A DNA stretch of 64,000 nt from Marsupella aquatica (Eukaryota; Plantae; Marchantiophyta): assembly GCA_973895155.1 (NCBI GenBank), contig OZ316892.1:1429223-1493222 (forward strand). Reading direction: 5' to 3'. The notes under the pieces are model-generated. The model saw nothing but the letters and a program-made list of their open reading frames with translations. It made no database searches and was not told the origin of the DNA. Below, piece by piece: positions 35,244 to 47,580 of the stretch. Both the position numbers and the translations under genes were made by a program. Position 1 is the stretch's first letter, and each line of letters begins with the position of its first letter.

Positions 35244-35425
35244 ATGGTACCTCGGTCGACGTAATAATCACTTTTTCTTAATTCGTAATCATTCAGTCAA
35301 CTAACCTACTCCTAATCTATTCATAATGACAAAGATGACTATTTGTGCTACTCTATGCTACGGTCCTAATGACCGTATAAGTCCTAATCTAGGACCTACG
35401 TTCAGTTAAGTGACACATTACCCGT
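35244..35425 (-). mobile_element. Diverged 5' end of a family-Y-like LTR
   Basis: Similar to 4543-4730. Confidence 0.7.
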
Positions 35426-35596
35426 TGTCCGGGGGTTTTAAACTACTCGAGAGGCACTGGGCCTTGCTGCCTGTGCAAATTATGACTACTCACCTGAACT
35501 ATATAAGCACAAAAATACTCAAAGTTTCCTTTTGGATGATCCCCGTAAAGTATTAGAGCTTCTTTCGAAGATACTATAATGTTATATAACTATTCT

Positions 35597-38500
35597 TGTT
35601 GTGTGACAATGGAGAGACTTGCAACTCGCTGTTGTGTTCCATTATGGGTGTGACTTATATAGTCACCATAGGGTTACATGTTGGGGTTGGTGTTAACCCA
35701 TGTTACCCCTTCAGGATAGGGTTAGGGGTTAACCATGGTCTAGAGTAAATGGTTACAACACTTCCCCTTGGAGAGTTTAGGGGTATAAAATCACCACACT
35801 ACTAACCCTATGTTTATTTTTGGTGCTGCCCCATTAAAACCTTCTGCTTTCTTCATAAGGAAAAAGGGTTCTAGCCACCATTAGTAGGATTTTCTTAAAT
35901 TTGCACTAAGGTGAGTCTACCTTATAATTTGTCCAAATGTAAAGTTTAATTTGGGTCCCCTATTACTAAAACTACTTCCCCTTAGTTTAAATGGGGTGTT
36001 TACGATAATAATTATTCTATCTTGTATTGGTATGAGAAATCGTATTCTGTCTATGTATACAGGAATGAAAGTTTTAGGTTGCATCGTCGTCGAGTCGGCT
36101 GTCGTCTGTCGGCTCGAGCTGCTCATTCAAACTGTGGAGTTTCTCTCGTTTGTGTGTCGACGGGCGGGCGCAATGTCGACAATCTTGTCATACCGATCGC
36201 TGCTACGTGCTTTCGATGGAGGCTGGCGGGTAATGGCTTCGTGAATAGATCAGCACAGTTCTCCTGGGAGCTCTTCCAGTGCACATTGATGTGCTGCCCT
36301 ATCTGTTCATGGGTAAAGAAAAATTTTGGGTCGATATGCTTCGTGCGGTCTGTCTTCATATATCCTGCATTGATTTGGTCCACGCAAGCTTTGTTATCTT
36401 CATGGATAATCGTCGGTTTGGTGAGTAGTGGCTTACCAGTATTCTTGCGGATGTGGTTTATGATGTTTCGAAGCCATAGCGCTTCTCTTGTTGCTTCGTA
36501 AAGAGCTATTACTTCTGAATGATTGGACGATGTGGTAGTCAAGGTTTGTTTTGTACTGCGCCATGATATTGCTGTGTTGCCTTGCAAGAAGACATAACCA
36601 GTCTGAGATTTCGAGTCATGCGGATCGGATAGATATCCAGCGTCCGCGTATCCTTGCAGTTCATCCGGGTTATCATTGGCGAAATACAGGCCCATATCCA
36701 TGGAGCCTTGAAGATAACGAAATAGTCGTTTGATGCCGTTCCAGTGGCGAATAGTAGGTTGGGCGCTATGTCGTACCAAGAGACTCACTGCAAATGAAAT
36801 GTCGGGACGGGTGTTGTTCGCCAGATAGAGGAGAGCTCCGATTGCAGATAAATAAGGCTTGTCTGCATCAAGAAGTGGTTCATTTTCTTGTCTCCTTCTA
36901 AACATATCTTTAGTGGTGTCCAGGGATCGCATCTCCATGGGAGTCGAGACTGAGTAAGCATTCTGCATGTTAAACTGTCGAAGAATTTTCTTTGTGTAAG
37001 TTGATTGACTAATAAACATACCTTGTGGCAGGTGGTCGAACTGTAGACCGAGGCAATACGTCGGTTCTCCCAGTTCTTTCATTTCGAAGATGCCCTTCAT
37101 TGTATTAATAGTCTGCTTTAATAGCTTGGGGGTGCCGAACAGATTGACGTCATCAACATATAGTGCTAATATCACGAACTCAGGTGCTAGGTGTTTTATA
37201 AAAATGCAAGGGGCGAGGTCGTCATTTATAAAGCCAAGAGTCTGCATCTTAGTTTTGAATGTCTGATACCAGATGCGTCCGCTCTGTTTCAGTCCGTTTA
37301 TTGATTTAAGGACTTGCACAGCAAATGCCTGCTGTCCAGTCCCATATTTACCTGGGTACTGGAGTGGTTCTTTGAGTGTGTTGCCACTGCTCAACACTAG
37401 GCCTTTAATGTCATCATCAGGGACAATCTGTCGAAGTCCCGACTTCATGTCCTGACTTAGGGTATGTATATTCTTCCCCTGGATGTGCTCTACCACTCTT
37501 TCGAGCAATTCCTTTGGAGCTTTCATATATATTTCGGAGTCTAAGACTCCATATAGGTACGCAGTTACCACGTCCATGAGTATGTTTTTGAGTTTATGCT
37601 TTCTTGAAAAAGATATTAAGTACCTAAAGGTAGTTACATCCATAACTGGCGAATAGGTTAAATCGTAATCCCTTCCAGGGATTTGGGTGTAGCCTTTCGC
37701 TACAAGCCTTGCTCGATATCTTATGACATCTCCTTGGGCATTGCGTTTTCTAACGAATATAAAACGACTATCTGTATAGTCATTCTTTGGTTGTACAACC
37801 TTAACTGGGCCGAATACTTGTCTTTTGATTAATGCGTCCATTTCTGTATTGATAGCCTCTCTCCACTGTGGCCAATCGGGCCTTTTCTGTGCTTCTTTGA
37901 TTGTATAGGGATCAGGTGTATCATTTGAGATGGATTGGGCTATATGATAAGCAAACTGCTCGTCTATTATTGTGTTTGATCGAGCATAAATGTGTCCTGT
38001 GTGTGTGTATTGAATAGACATTTCTTCATTATCTGGTGCCCTCTTTTTCTCTGGTTCGATACTGACCAGATTAAATGTGGTTTCAGTATTTACCGTTTGT
38101 GCACGTCTCTGGCGAGGGCGAGAATCAGTGGATCCTAGTGGGCGTCCTCTCTTCGCCTTAGGTAAGGTTTCCTTTGCTTGAGTTGGCAGCAGCTGAATCC
38201 GAGCTGGGGTATTGACTGCTTCAACATGTGATCTGGTCACATTTGCTGCGTCATTGAAAGCGTCAGGAATCTTTTCCAACATTTCGTGGAGATGTAATAA
38301 GCGCCTTACCTCCTCGTCTGCACTTTGAGTTCTTGGATCTTGATTGAGTAGATTTCTGCTATTCCAATTGAGCTGTACTGGTGTTATGTCGTGTGATGTA
38401 GTTGGAGCCTTAAGTAATGAGGGGAAAATTTCCTCATAGAAATGGCAGTCAGCGTGTCTTGCTTTAAATACATCAGCTGTGCTAGGTTCCAGATAGCGGA

Positions 38501-41380
38501 TAATAGACGAGGAGTCATGGCCAATATAAATACCTTCTCTCCTCTGTGGGCCAAGTTTGGATCGATGTGGCCCAAGGATGGGTACCATCACTTTACATCC
38601 GAATACTCTAATGTGTGAAAGATCAGGGGGTAAACCGAATGCAAGGTGATGAGGGGTTTTAGTATTAAATGCTGACGGCCGATACTTAAGCAAAGTTGTT
38701 GCATGGAGGACAGCGTGTCCCCATGCTGAAGGTGGTAGTTTAGAGTTCAATAGAAGTGGCCTTGTTATCATTTGAATCCTTTTTATGACTGACTCTGCTA
38801 TGCCGTTCTGGAAATGGACGTAAGGAACTGAGTATTCAATGTCGATCCCCGCTGTCATACAGAAGTCGTCAAATGCTCTGGAGGTAAATTCCCCTGCCCC
38901 GTCCACTCGCAATTTCTTAATTGGACAATCTGGGAATTGTACTCGAAGTTTTAATAAGTTGGCTAAGATTCTGGCAAAGACCAGGTTACGAGTAGAAATT
39001 AATGAAACTTGGAGCCATTTAGTTGAAGAGTCTACAATGGCTAAAAAATATCTGAAAGGCCCACTTGGAGGGTGTATTGGCCCGCAGACATTAGCATTTA
39101 GACGTTCCAGGAATTTAGGGATAGTATAGATGGTCTTTTGTGTAGCTGGGCGTGTACTCAGCTTCCCCTGAGAACATGCCAGACATTGCTTATGATTTAT
39201 AGATGGACGCACTCCTTTAGGGATTCCTCGTGAGTCATTGATGATGCGACGGTACATATTTATTCCCGGGTGCCCCAGTCGACAGTGCCAGAGGTATGTA
39301 AGATTATTTGATTCTGCTGTGGCATAGTTCGCTGTTATTGGGGCTGCATATAAACCCGGGGGTATTAGAGGTAGTATCTCTTTGATTTGAATTCCATCTG
39401 TGGTCATGGCTACTATTTGCAAAGTAGGTTTCTGCTGGAGCATTGCTGTGCGGAGTTGATAATTATTAGCAACAACGTCTTTGAAGCTAATCAAATTTCG
39501 AGTAGCATTTGGTGCAAAGATAGCTGCTTCGATGTTAATGACTGTTCCTTGGGGAAATTTGACAGTAGCCTTTCCTGTTCCTTCCTCAATCTTATTCGTA
39601 CCTGATATGGTTGTCATTACCCTGGCAGATGGAGTGATGTCTTGGAAATAACTCCTATCTTTTAGGATAGTGTGGGATGTCCCACTATCAATGATACCTA
39701 AATTGGGATCGTTGGAGGAGGGATATGGTGGCTCTGCTGTCACCAGATGAGCTTCAGCGTTGGATTGGTCTATCATATCAGTTTCTTCTCGATAAGATGG
39801 TAGCTCCTCTTCCAATTCCATATAGTTGCTATCTGGATTTTGCTTTAACTTAGCTCTTGCTTCTGAGTGCCTCTTAGCCGCTTGGTCAGAAGCCCAGCAG
39901 TCTTTCTTTAGGTGGCCAATTTTTCCACATCTATAACACATTCGGTCTTCTCGTGTGTTGTCAGATGATTGGGCGTGACCTCTGCCGCGTCCTCTTCCTC
40001 TACCCCGGCCACGGCTTCTGCTGCCTCGACCTCTGGTATTTTCATACTGATTTCCCCTTCCACTATAATTTGAGTTGCGACCTCGTCCTCTATATCCACC
40101 TCTTTGTGTACCCCGGCCTCTTATATTTCGTTGTTGGTCTTCTGGGGCATTGTAATTAATTTCTGGTTTCTGTGGTATTGGTGCAGTGCCTGGTGGTTGT
40201 TTCCTTGCATTCTGTAGAGAGACAATTTGTTGTTTCTCCTCTACTAGGAGATGTGCAATTAAGTTAGAATAAGTTGTGAATTGCATATTCCTGTATTGAG
40301 TTCCCAAGGCGATGTTGGCCTCTGGGAAAGTACTCAACGTTTTATCGATTTTGTCTAAGTCTGCAACTGGGTGGCCACACATCTCCAATTGAGATGTAAT
40401 ACGAAATAGAGAACTATTATAATTTGCTATAGAAGTATGATCCATGACACGTAGATTAAACCAATCCCTGCGGGCTTCTGGGAGCCAGACCTCTCGCATA
40501 TGGTCAAATCGAGCTTTTAATTTGTCCCATAATAGACGGGGATTAAGATCACTCATATATTGTGTCTTCAGTGATGGTGTCAAATGCTGTCTAAGTAGAA
40601 ATACAGCTTTGGCCTTCTGTTGCAATGTTAAATTGTCATCAGTAATTAATGTATCCTCTAGTTGTATTGATGCGAAGTAGGTCTCTACATCTATTAACCA
40701 GGTTAAGTAATTATTGCCATCTGCCAATAGGGCTGGAAAGTGTAATTTCTCCAGGGTGGCCATAGTATCTCAAATCTGTAACAAATCACTGTCCGCGTTC
40801 TGATTAATATCAAATCTATGTCGTTCTCAATTATTTCAATCACTCGTGCCTTTTTATCCACGGGATTTTCCTTAGCGATAAAAGAAACTCAGGATTTCCG
40901 TGGCGGAACAATAAGATATAAAAAAAATTGAGTCGAATTTGAACGGGAAAACACTATTTCAAAGTGATTCATGCCTCTCCGATAGTGTCACTAATCAATT
41001 ATATACGGATTGTGTGTTTTCCGTAAGGATTCGTGGACTATTCAGAGGATCCGAAGTTTAAATTATGGTGTGATTTGAATCGGTGGCAGTTACTGATGTG
41101 GGGTGGGGCTAAAAACGCAACATTGGAAGTCAATTTCTTTGTCTGAAAGCCGTACTCCAATTATCCTACCTTAACTCCAAACTGAAAAAAATTTAGATGC
41201 TATCGTGCTGATAACGTGTTGTGTGACAATGGAGAGACTTGCAACTCGCTGTTGTGTTCCATTATGGGTGTGACTTATATAGTCACCATAGGGTTACATG
41301 TTGGGGTTGGTGTTAACCCATGTTACCCCTTCAGGATAGGGTTAGGGGTTAACCATGGTCTAGAGTAAATGGTTACAACA
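35597..41380 (-). mobile_element. Intact Ty1/copia retrotransposon, Bianca lineage
   Basis: 164-bp LTRs (35597-35760, 41217-41380) that read identical; TSD ATTCT; PBS CGTTATCAGCACG (half-tRNA-Met type); PPT AAGGGGAAG. Confidence 0.95.
36123..40763 (-). CDS. gag-pol: Gag-Pol polyprotein, 1546 aa (gag, CCHC, PR, INT, RT, RNase H)
   Basis: CYRCGKIGHLKKDC, IIDSGT, WHCRLGH, RVDGAGEF, YVDD, GYADA, KHID. Confidence 0.97.
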   Translation of the reverse strand: MATLEKLHFPALLADGNNYLTWLIDVETYFASIQLEDTLITDDNLTLQQKAKAVFLLRQHLTPSLKTQYMSDLNPRLLWDKLKARFDHMREVWLPEARRDWFNLRVMDHTSIANYNSSLFRITSQLEMCGHPVADLDKIDKTLSTFPEANIALGTQYRNMQFTTYSNLIAHLLVEEKQQIVSLQNARKQPPGTAPIPQKPEINYNAPEDQQRNIRGRGTQRGGYRGRGRNSNYSGRGNQYENTRGRGSRSRGRGRGRGRGRGHAQSSDNTREDRMCYRCGKIGHLKKDCWASDQAAKRHSEARAKLKQNPDSNYMELEEELPSYREETDMIDQSNAEAHLVTAEPPYPSSNDPNLGIIDSGTSHTILKDRSYFQDITPSARVMTTISGTNKIEEGTGKATVKFPQGTVINIEAAIFAPNATRNLISFKDVVANNYQLRTAMLQQKPTLQIVAMTTDGIQIKEILPLIPPGLYAAPITANYATAESNNLTYLWHCRLGHPGINMYRRIINDSRGIPKGVRPSINHKQCLACSQGKLSTRPATQKTIYTIPKFLERLNANVCGPIHPPSGPFRYFLAIVDSSTKWLQVSLISTRNLVFARILANLLKLRVQFPDCPIKKLRVDGAGEFTSRAFDDFCMTAGIDIEYSVPYVHFQNGIAESVIKRIQMITRPLLLNSKLPPSAWGHAVLHATTLLKYRPSAFNTKTPHHLAFGLPPDLSHIRVFGCKVMVPILGPHRSKLGPQRREGIYIGHDSSSIIRYLEPSTADVFKARHADCHFYEEIFPSLLKAPTTSHDITPVQLNWNSRNLLNQDPRTQSADEEVRRLLHLHEMLEKIPDAFNDAANVTRSHVEAVNTPARIQLLPTQAKETLPKAKRGRPLGSTDSRPRQRRAQTVNTETTFNLVSIEPEKKRAPDNEEMSIQYTHTGHIYARSNTIIDEQFAYHIAQSISNDTPDPYTIKEAQKRPDWPQWREAINTEMDALIKRQVFGPVKVVQPKNDYTDSRFIFVRKRNAQGDVIRYRARLVAKGYTQIPGRDYDLTYSPVMDVTTFRYLISFSRKHKLKNILMDVVTAYLYGVLDSEIYMKAPKELLERVVEHIQGKNIHTLSQDMKSGLRQIVPDDDIKGLVLSSGNTLKEPLQYPGKYGTGQQAFAVQVLKSINGLKQSGRIWYQTFKTKMQTLGFINDDLAPCIFIKHLAPEFVILALYVDDVNLFGTPKLLKQTINTMKGIFEMKELGEPTYCLGLQFDHLPQGMFISQSTYTKKILRQFNMQNAYSVSTPMEMRSLDTTKDMFRRRQENEPLLDADKPYLSAIGALLYLANNTRPDISFAVSLLVRHSAQPTIRHWNGIKRLFRYLQGSMDMGLYFANDNPDELQGYADAGYLSDPHDSKSQTGYVFLQGNTAISWRSTKQTLTTTSSNHSEVIALYEATREALWLRNIINHIRKNTGKPLLTKPTIIHEDNKACVDQINAGYMKTDRTKHIDPKFFFTHEQIGQHINVHWKSSQENCADLFTKPLPASLHRKHVAAIGMTRLSTLRPPVDTQTRETPQFE

Positions 41381-42959
41381 ATTCTCTAAATTTTCTTACT
41401 AAGATTTCCCTACATGCTATCTTCCTTCGCACAATAATCTTCAGACTCAAGGAAGACGTCAAATTTAAGATTGGACTTGGGACCTGATTCAAATCCATCT
41501 TTTCTAGTGCAAGATATAGATAGTACACACCCACTCTTCTTCATAAGTAACTATAGGATATATGAATGAAATGTTTGAATTTATAACCATGGTGGTAAAG
41601 TCTATACCAAACTGATACATAAGCGTTTGACGCATTATATTTTTATCTAAACAATATAATATAATCAAAATGGGTTGACAACCACTCCCGACAATCTATG
41701 CACTCTTGGCAACCTATGCAACATCATTAACAATTTATGGAATAGCTAAAACCTGTGGTATAAGTTAACTTTTGATAATATATCCTTGATACACGCGACA
41801 TAACCGTCATTGCCAGATTTGAGTATTTAACTTAAGGTGCTCAAGTGGTGGCATAGCCCTCCATGACCATAAGAAAAATTCTCAATTCCTTCTATCATGA
41901 AAACCGACAGCATAGCCCTCCGTTATATCAAGCAAACCATGGACTCAATTATCAATAATGGGAACATAATGCCCTATGGGAAACAAGTTCCCTTCTATTT
42001 ATACTTTGAAATGTTGACTATCCATAATTTGATAGCCAATTATTTTGCCCACTTTCTTAGCACACTCTTTTGTAAAGTAGACTACCCACAATTTGATAGC
42101 CAATTATTTTGCCCACTTTCTTAGCACATTCTTTTGTAAAGTAGACTACCCACAATTTGCTAGCCCACTTTTTTCTCACTATCTTAGCACACTGTTTTAT
42201 AAAGTAGACTACCCACAATTTGCTAGCCCATTTTTTTGGCACACTATCTTATTTTGTCATATTCTATTATCTTGACCTACTATACTTTTTTGACCTACTA
42301 TACTCATTTGACCTACTATATTCATTTGGTCTACTATTTTATTTTTACCTATTCTATGATTTTGGTCTATTATATCTAATAATTTATAAATGACTACTCT
42401 AAGTCACACTATTTATTTTTATTTAGTTTTTAATAATATCTCCTAATAGAGTGAGAAACTCTATGTGAGGTATTCTAATTCCAAAACTTATTTCTTTAGA
42501 CAGTGGGGACAACATGTTTTTTCAACACTAAATATGTATGAAAGACAGAATATGACAAATCTATACACATCAAACATGCATACCCGTGTTGACACATTTC
42601 AAAAATATCATAGCGCAGATCCGGTCCAATGGATGACAAGATAATTTCAATTTGATTGACAGTTGCAAGAAAATGAAAATAATAACACAAGACACTTTTT
42701 ATCATAACCTTGACATCTGTTTAGGTATTATATACTAGTACTATACGATAAATTATGATATACTATGCCAGATTGTGCATGTCCTATGCAACAAATATTA
42801 TGCAATAAAATATGCTATACTAAACATTGTGTTTGCAATCTAGTCATTCCGATTCTCATTGTCTTGCACTTATATTTTCACCTCTGCCAGTTGCTAACAA
42901 CGACGAATAGATTGTTGCATATTTTGCTCATTTGTTGTTGGTCGATTGGTCATTGCATA

Positions 42960-44481
42960 TTCTTTCCACTGTTGGAATTTATAACTGAATAATAAATTGT
43001 CAAAGTCATCATCTGACAAGTTGTATTCATTGACTGTGAAGTTGTCAATGGGCCTTGAATCGATCTATGCCATTGTAATACTCTCTTGAGTCATTTCTTC
43101 ACTGTCTTGTTGTGTCTCCATTGGTGGTATTTGTTTTAACAAACCTCGTTGCTCATACCTTGTTGATGAAATAGTTTCCGACACCAATATTTTTGGCTCT
43201 TCTTCATCCACCTAAACAAGCAAGCATAATGTCATAAGTGATCGCATGTTCTCAAAATGAAAATAGATTTGAGACCCCATGGATACAAGCATCAAGTACA
43301 TCTTCCATCATTTTCTCGAACAAATTGGGCCATATTTTTATCCCTCTTCCACTTGTCAAAAAATTTCTCAACATCTTCTAGATCCTTCTCCACATCCAAA
43401 AAAAATGAGATTCTCCTGTAGGATCAATCATTTGCAAGTTCATATAATTATAGTTCCTGCATCTTGATTTTTCCTTGTCTGACTGACCATCCACCTCAGC
43501 AATGTTCATTTGCTCAATCTCCTCTTGCAAATTGTTTATGATCACCTATTGTGATGCAACCTGATTCTTCAAATCATAAATGACTCTATCTGCAACTTGA
43601 ACTTGCTTCATTTGACTACATTGACCATCTTTTTGGGCAAGTTGTTTGTTGAGCCTTGCGATCTTCTCCACCTTGTCGTACAGTTGCATCTTGTATTCCT
43701 TCATCTCTAAAGTAGTCGCACTTTGAATGAACATTTTTTTCCATTGCTTTCATCTTCAAAATATTATCTTGCAACTTTGACTTGTAGTTGTCAATGTTGC
43801 CAGTTTCATAAAGCTCAGGACAAAATTTTGTGCGAAGATTGTTTTCGATCAAATGATCGTTCTCTATGCCCAAACTCTTGCACATAATCTTCATGCTCAA
43901 TGATTCTTTCTTTGGATCCAAAACACCATTGAATTTTCCTAGTAAATTGTTACTTGTAGATGCTGCAATGTTTGATATTTTGTCCACATGTTTTAATGGG
44001 CTATAACTTTTGAATTTAGTGAAGAATCGTTACAATGCAGTCGGCTTATCTTTCTCATGCACATGAATGTTTTGCGTATCATCTATCTTTCTTTTCGACC
44101 ATTTATTGGTTGCTTGACTCAACAAATCTTTTGTAGTATTTTTGTTGCTCTTAATACCTGCAATATCCAGAACGGACTGATGCACATAGTGAGTCATCTT
44201 GCCCTCTTCTGTTTCCCAACGGTAATCCACCTTCCACTTGAGAATAAATTCAGTGATTAGGAGTCGAAGAAAAGGAAGATAAACCGAGCTGATTTTTTCC
44301 TCCTCCTTTTTTGGAGCAAACTCTCAAAATCTTTGCTGCCAATGCTTGCCAATTCCACATGTGTTACCTTGAACATGATGTACTTCTCTTGCAACAAAGA
44401 CTTTGTGGCCCATAAATTTTCATCATAAAAAATTATTTTTATCCATTTTAAGAACTCCACACGTGGCATCAATATCTCCAA
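42960..44481 (-). pseudogene. Fragmented unknown coiled-coil ORF(s) downstream of the kinase
   Basis: Chain of minus-strand ORFs (44481, 44230, 43987, 43734), K/E/Q-rich; no domain recognised. Confidence 0.35.
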
Positions 44482-44984
44482 TTTTTTGGCGTTGATGGGT
44501 CATTTATTGTGAAGAGGTTTCACATTTGGTATTGTGATATTTCATTCAACATCCTTGGTGTGCTTATCCATTTTGGTTTTGCTTTGCCTTGCATGATTGC
44601 TACTCATTCCAATGTCGTCGTTCATGGGTTGAAAATCTTGTTCAGCGTATTGTTCCTGAGACCAGAGGTGTAAATCCTGAGCAGGTTACAAATAAACATA
44701 TGGAATGTTGGTAGGTTTTTCCTCCTCATCGGATTCCAAATCCCATTTTCCTATCCTTGCAAATTTTACAATAACAAAAATATATTTAGCATTCATTCAC
44801 CATACACTCTTCAAGATAAAAATAATAACAAAACACAATGAAGCAAAATGAGAAATACATTTAAATTTATATGACATGATTAAATAGATAATTGTTTATG
44901 TCATATTTCATTATCATTCATAATGAAACTATATCATCCCTAATCTCTTAGATAAGGACTATTGTACTAAACTAATTTACAATC

Positions 44985-46524
44985 CTAGAATGTACTCATT
45001 ATTCTCAAACTCCAATGAACATAATCAATTCTTTTGTTGACATCAGTGACCATCATGTCACGTATCATAATCTCCAATTTAGGGCCATGCTCTCTAGCAT
45101 TCCAACCCCTATTCAAATATCGTGTCATTGGGGTCATTTCATCCCAATTTTTTGTAAATAATGTCTCAAAGATATTATCCAAAATATATATGTCAGTTGC
45201 TTGACTATACTCTATTGGATCAGAACGAACTAGCTCAGGTGCCAATTGTGGATATTGTTTTTGAGACACAACAACTTTTTTGCAGGGGTGGACTACATTC
45301 AATTCTATGGTATAGTGCATTGTGATTTGTGTTTGGACAATCCAAAATCACATATTCTTACATAAACTCTGACTGTCAAATCATTCTCGTGATTAAAGTG
45401 AAGAAGAATGTTCCCAAAATGAAGATCACAATGGAAACGGTCGTGTGCATGTAAATATTGCAACATCTCCAATAAAGTCATAACAATCCCCAAACGATGT
45501 TCCAAAAAGAGTTTTTTTTTATATGAATGTGACATCAACTTTAGAAGTGGATTGTGTCTTTCCTTTGTTTTTACTCCATTTTCCACACTTATCTATAAAG
45601 CTTCTCAAGTCACCTCCATTGTAATGATCATAGATAAGTTTCGATGGATCTTCGATAGTTATTGCCAAAGCCCCAATGATTCCTTTGTGATTCAAGCCTC
45701 CCATTAGCACTTCTTGTAAGGCATTTGTTTGTCTCTTGTGCCGGTCTTCGTCCTTGAATTGTTTTGCAACTAGTGTTGCATTTTGAGGAATCAATAGACA
45801 ATCCAATATATGACATATGAACACATGTCTTTGGATGCCGCTTCCAATGCGATGCAAATTCTGTACTTGCTCCCTCCTCAAGAAATGAATACTCTTGATC
45901 ATGGAAAGAACTCGTGATGGACGCATTTCTCTATCTGCAACTTCCATGTCAATCTCTCCATAGTGCACGATCTTGCTCGCATATTTGACATTGACTCTTT
46001 GCTCCATTTTGCTAGCAAATCTCTTCTATGTGTGTATAGCCTAGGAACTCCAAGCATGATGGCCCAGCCTCATCCAAATTGGTTTCCAACTTGTCCCAAA
46101 TATTTACCGCAAAGTTCAATGTCAGATGTTCAACAAATCCACCCAGCTTCTCAAAATCACTTATTAAGGCAGCAATTTCATCTTGGATCATGTCTTCTTC
46201 TTTCTCCACAGTCTCACGCATGCAACGCCCCATGTCATTTAAAAGGTTTTTGTAACCCTCTGCTCCATGCATGGCATACTTCCTCTCAAAGCCATCCTGC
46301 TGATACTGTGCTGGCAAAGTGTAGGGATATAGAATCTTTTTCCAAATCACAACTAACACATGTTGCCTTCTTTTTTTCAATGCAACACCAATTGCTCCTC
46401 CTCTGTGTTTCCGTTTCCCTAAGGTTTTGCCATGTTTACATATTTCTAAGGTTTTGTGAACATTCCTTAGGGCATTGAGGGCATGAAGATCTGGTTGATA
46501 TCCCTCGTTTAGCATGGTCTTCAT
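44985..46524 (-). pseudogene. Protein kinase pseudogene with an N-terminal helical region
   Basis: IGSGIQ, LVAKQF, LQEV, HCDLHFGNILL, DFGLS, LAPELV and TDIY in order across frameshifted ORFs. Confidence 0.85.
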
Positions 46525-47156
46525 TGCCTCAAAAAGTTTTATATACTCTACATCACATGTGCAGCGGCCATGTTCTCAAGTAATCACAACAAGTTGTAGG
46601 ACAAAGAATAGGCACTTACGGAGTGTGTTGGTTGCTTGCCGAGGGTATGGATGATGCAAGTACAATGAAGCTGGATCAAGAATCCTGAAATGTCATTTTA
46701 CACTTTGTGTTGGTACCAATAATACCCGAACAATATAATCTTAATATTGTTCTATTTTTTATTCTTTTGTTTAGTACTTTGAAAGTAACAATGATAAAGG
46801 GGAAAGACAACTATGTGAAATATCACACGCCAAGCCGAAACTCCAAGCATGCGCACAAAAGTTTTCTTTTCCTTCAAGTTGTTACATTCCTACTCCAATC
46901 TATGTGAAACCTATAATTTAGATATTATTTGTAAATGTTGTGAAAATATTTACAAGGAATCGAGATATCCATGTAGAGTATCACACGCTGAGCGAAAACT
47001 CTAAGCATGCGTACATAAAAATCTCTATCCTTGCAAATTCTCCACTCAACTCACAAATGATTCTAAACCGTTAAGGCGATGTCTGGGTGACCGTGTTTTC
47101 TGGTAAGAGCATGTTGGCTCTTATGAAGTTAACTTTGCATGCCCATAAGTTCTATA

Positions 47157-47360
47157 CTAAAACCAAAATGATAATTCTAGTAACAAGGGTAGTGGGTACA
47201 TTAAGAAAGGTTCAGGTGAAACAAAAATACTGTTAGACCCTATTTCACCATACTTGCAGACCAACACATCACAAAAATTAGTTTTCTTACGACATATGAT
47301 CCTAATATCTCCAAGAAAAAATGAAACAGGAATATCATCTGGACTCCTATTCACATCCAT
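47157..47360 (-). CDS. LTR microprotein B (F4), C-terminal frameshift
   Basis: MDVNRSPDDIPVSFFLGDIRIICRKK...SPEPFL, then out of frame relative to F2. Confidence 0.6.
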   Translation of the reverse strand: MDVNRSPDDIPVSFFLGDIRIICRKKTNFCDVLVCKYGEIGSNSIFVSPEPFLMYPLPLLLELSFWF

Positions 47361-47364
47361 GACT

Positions 47365-47580
47365 TCAATAAAGGATAAAGATAATGCACTCCCACTCTTC
47401 TCGGTACGACACTACTGGGTATACTATTGGCTCGTTAGAAGCCATAACAACAGTTGCAAACTGAGCTCCAAAATGATAGGTTAAATGTTGTCTCATGGAT
47501 GGTTTGTCTAAAAGATGGACTCTAATCAAAAACAAATTATGAAGGGGAAGATCAGGGATAACTCTCTCTCCTGGATTCAT
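47365..47580 (-). CDS. LTR microprotein A (F4, 71 aa)
   Basis: Intact homolog of 15618-15833. Confidence 0.72.
   Translation of the reverse strand: MNPGERVIPDLPLHNLFLIRVHLLDKPSMRQHLTYHFGAQFATVVMASNEPIVYPVVSYREEWECIIFILY

Larger units (their letters stand above)
35426..42400 (-). mobile_element. LTR family F3 copy 2, split by the copia insertion (35426-35596 + 41381-~42400)
   Basis: Colinear with 7159-8290. ORF A (41504-41727) is frameshifted; ORF B (41498 to 35499) is interrupted by the copia. Right end uncertain. Confidence 0.85.
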
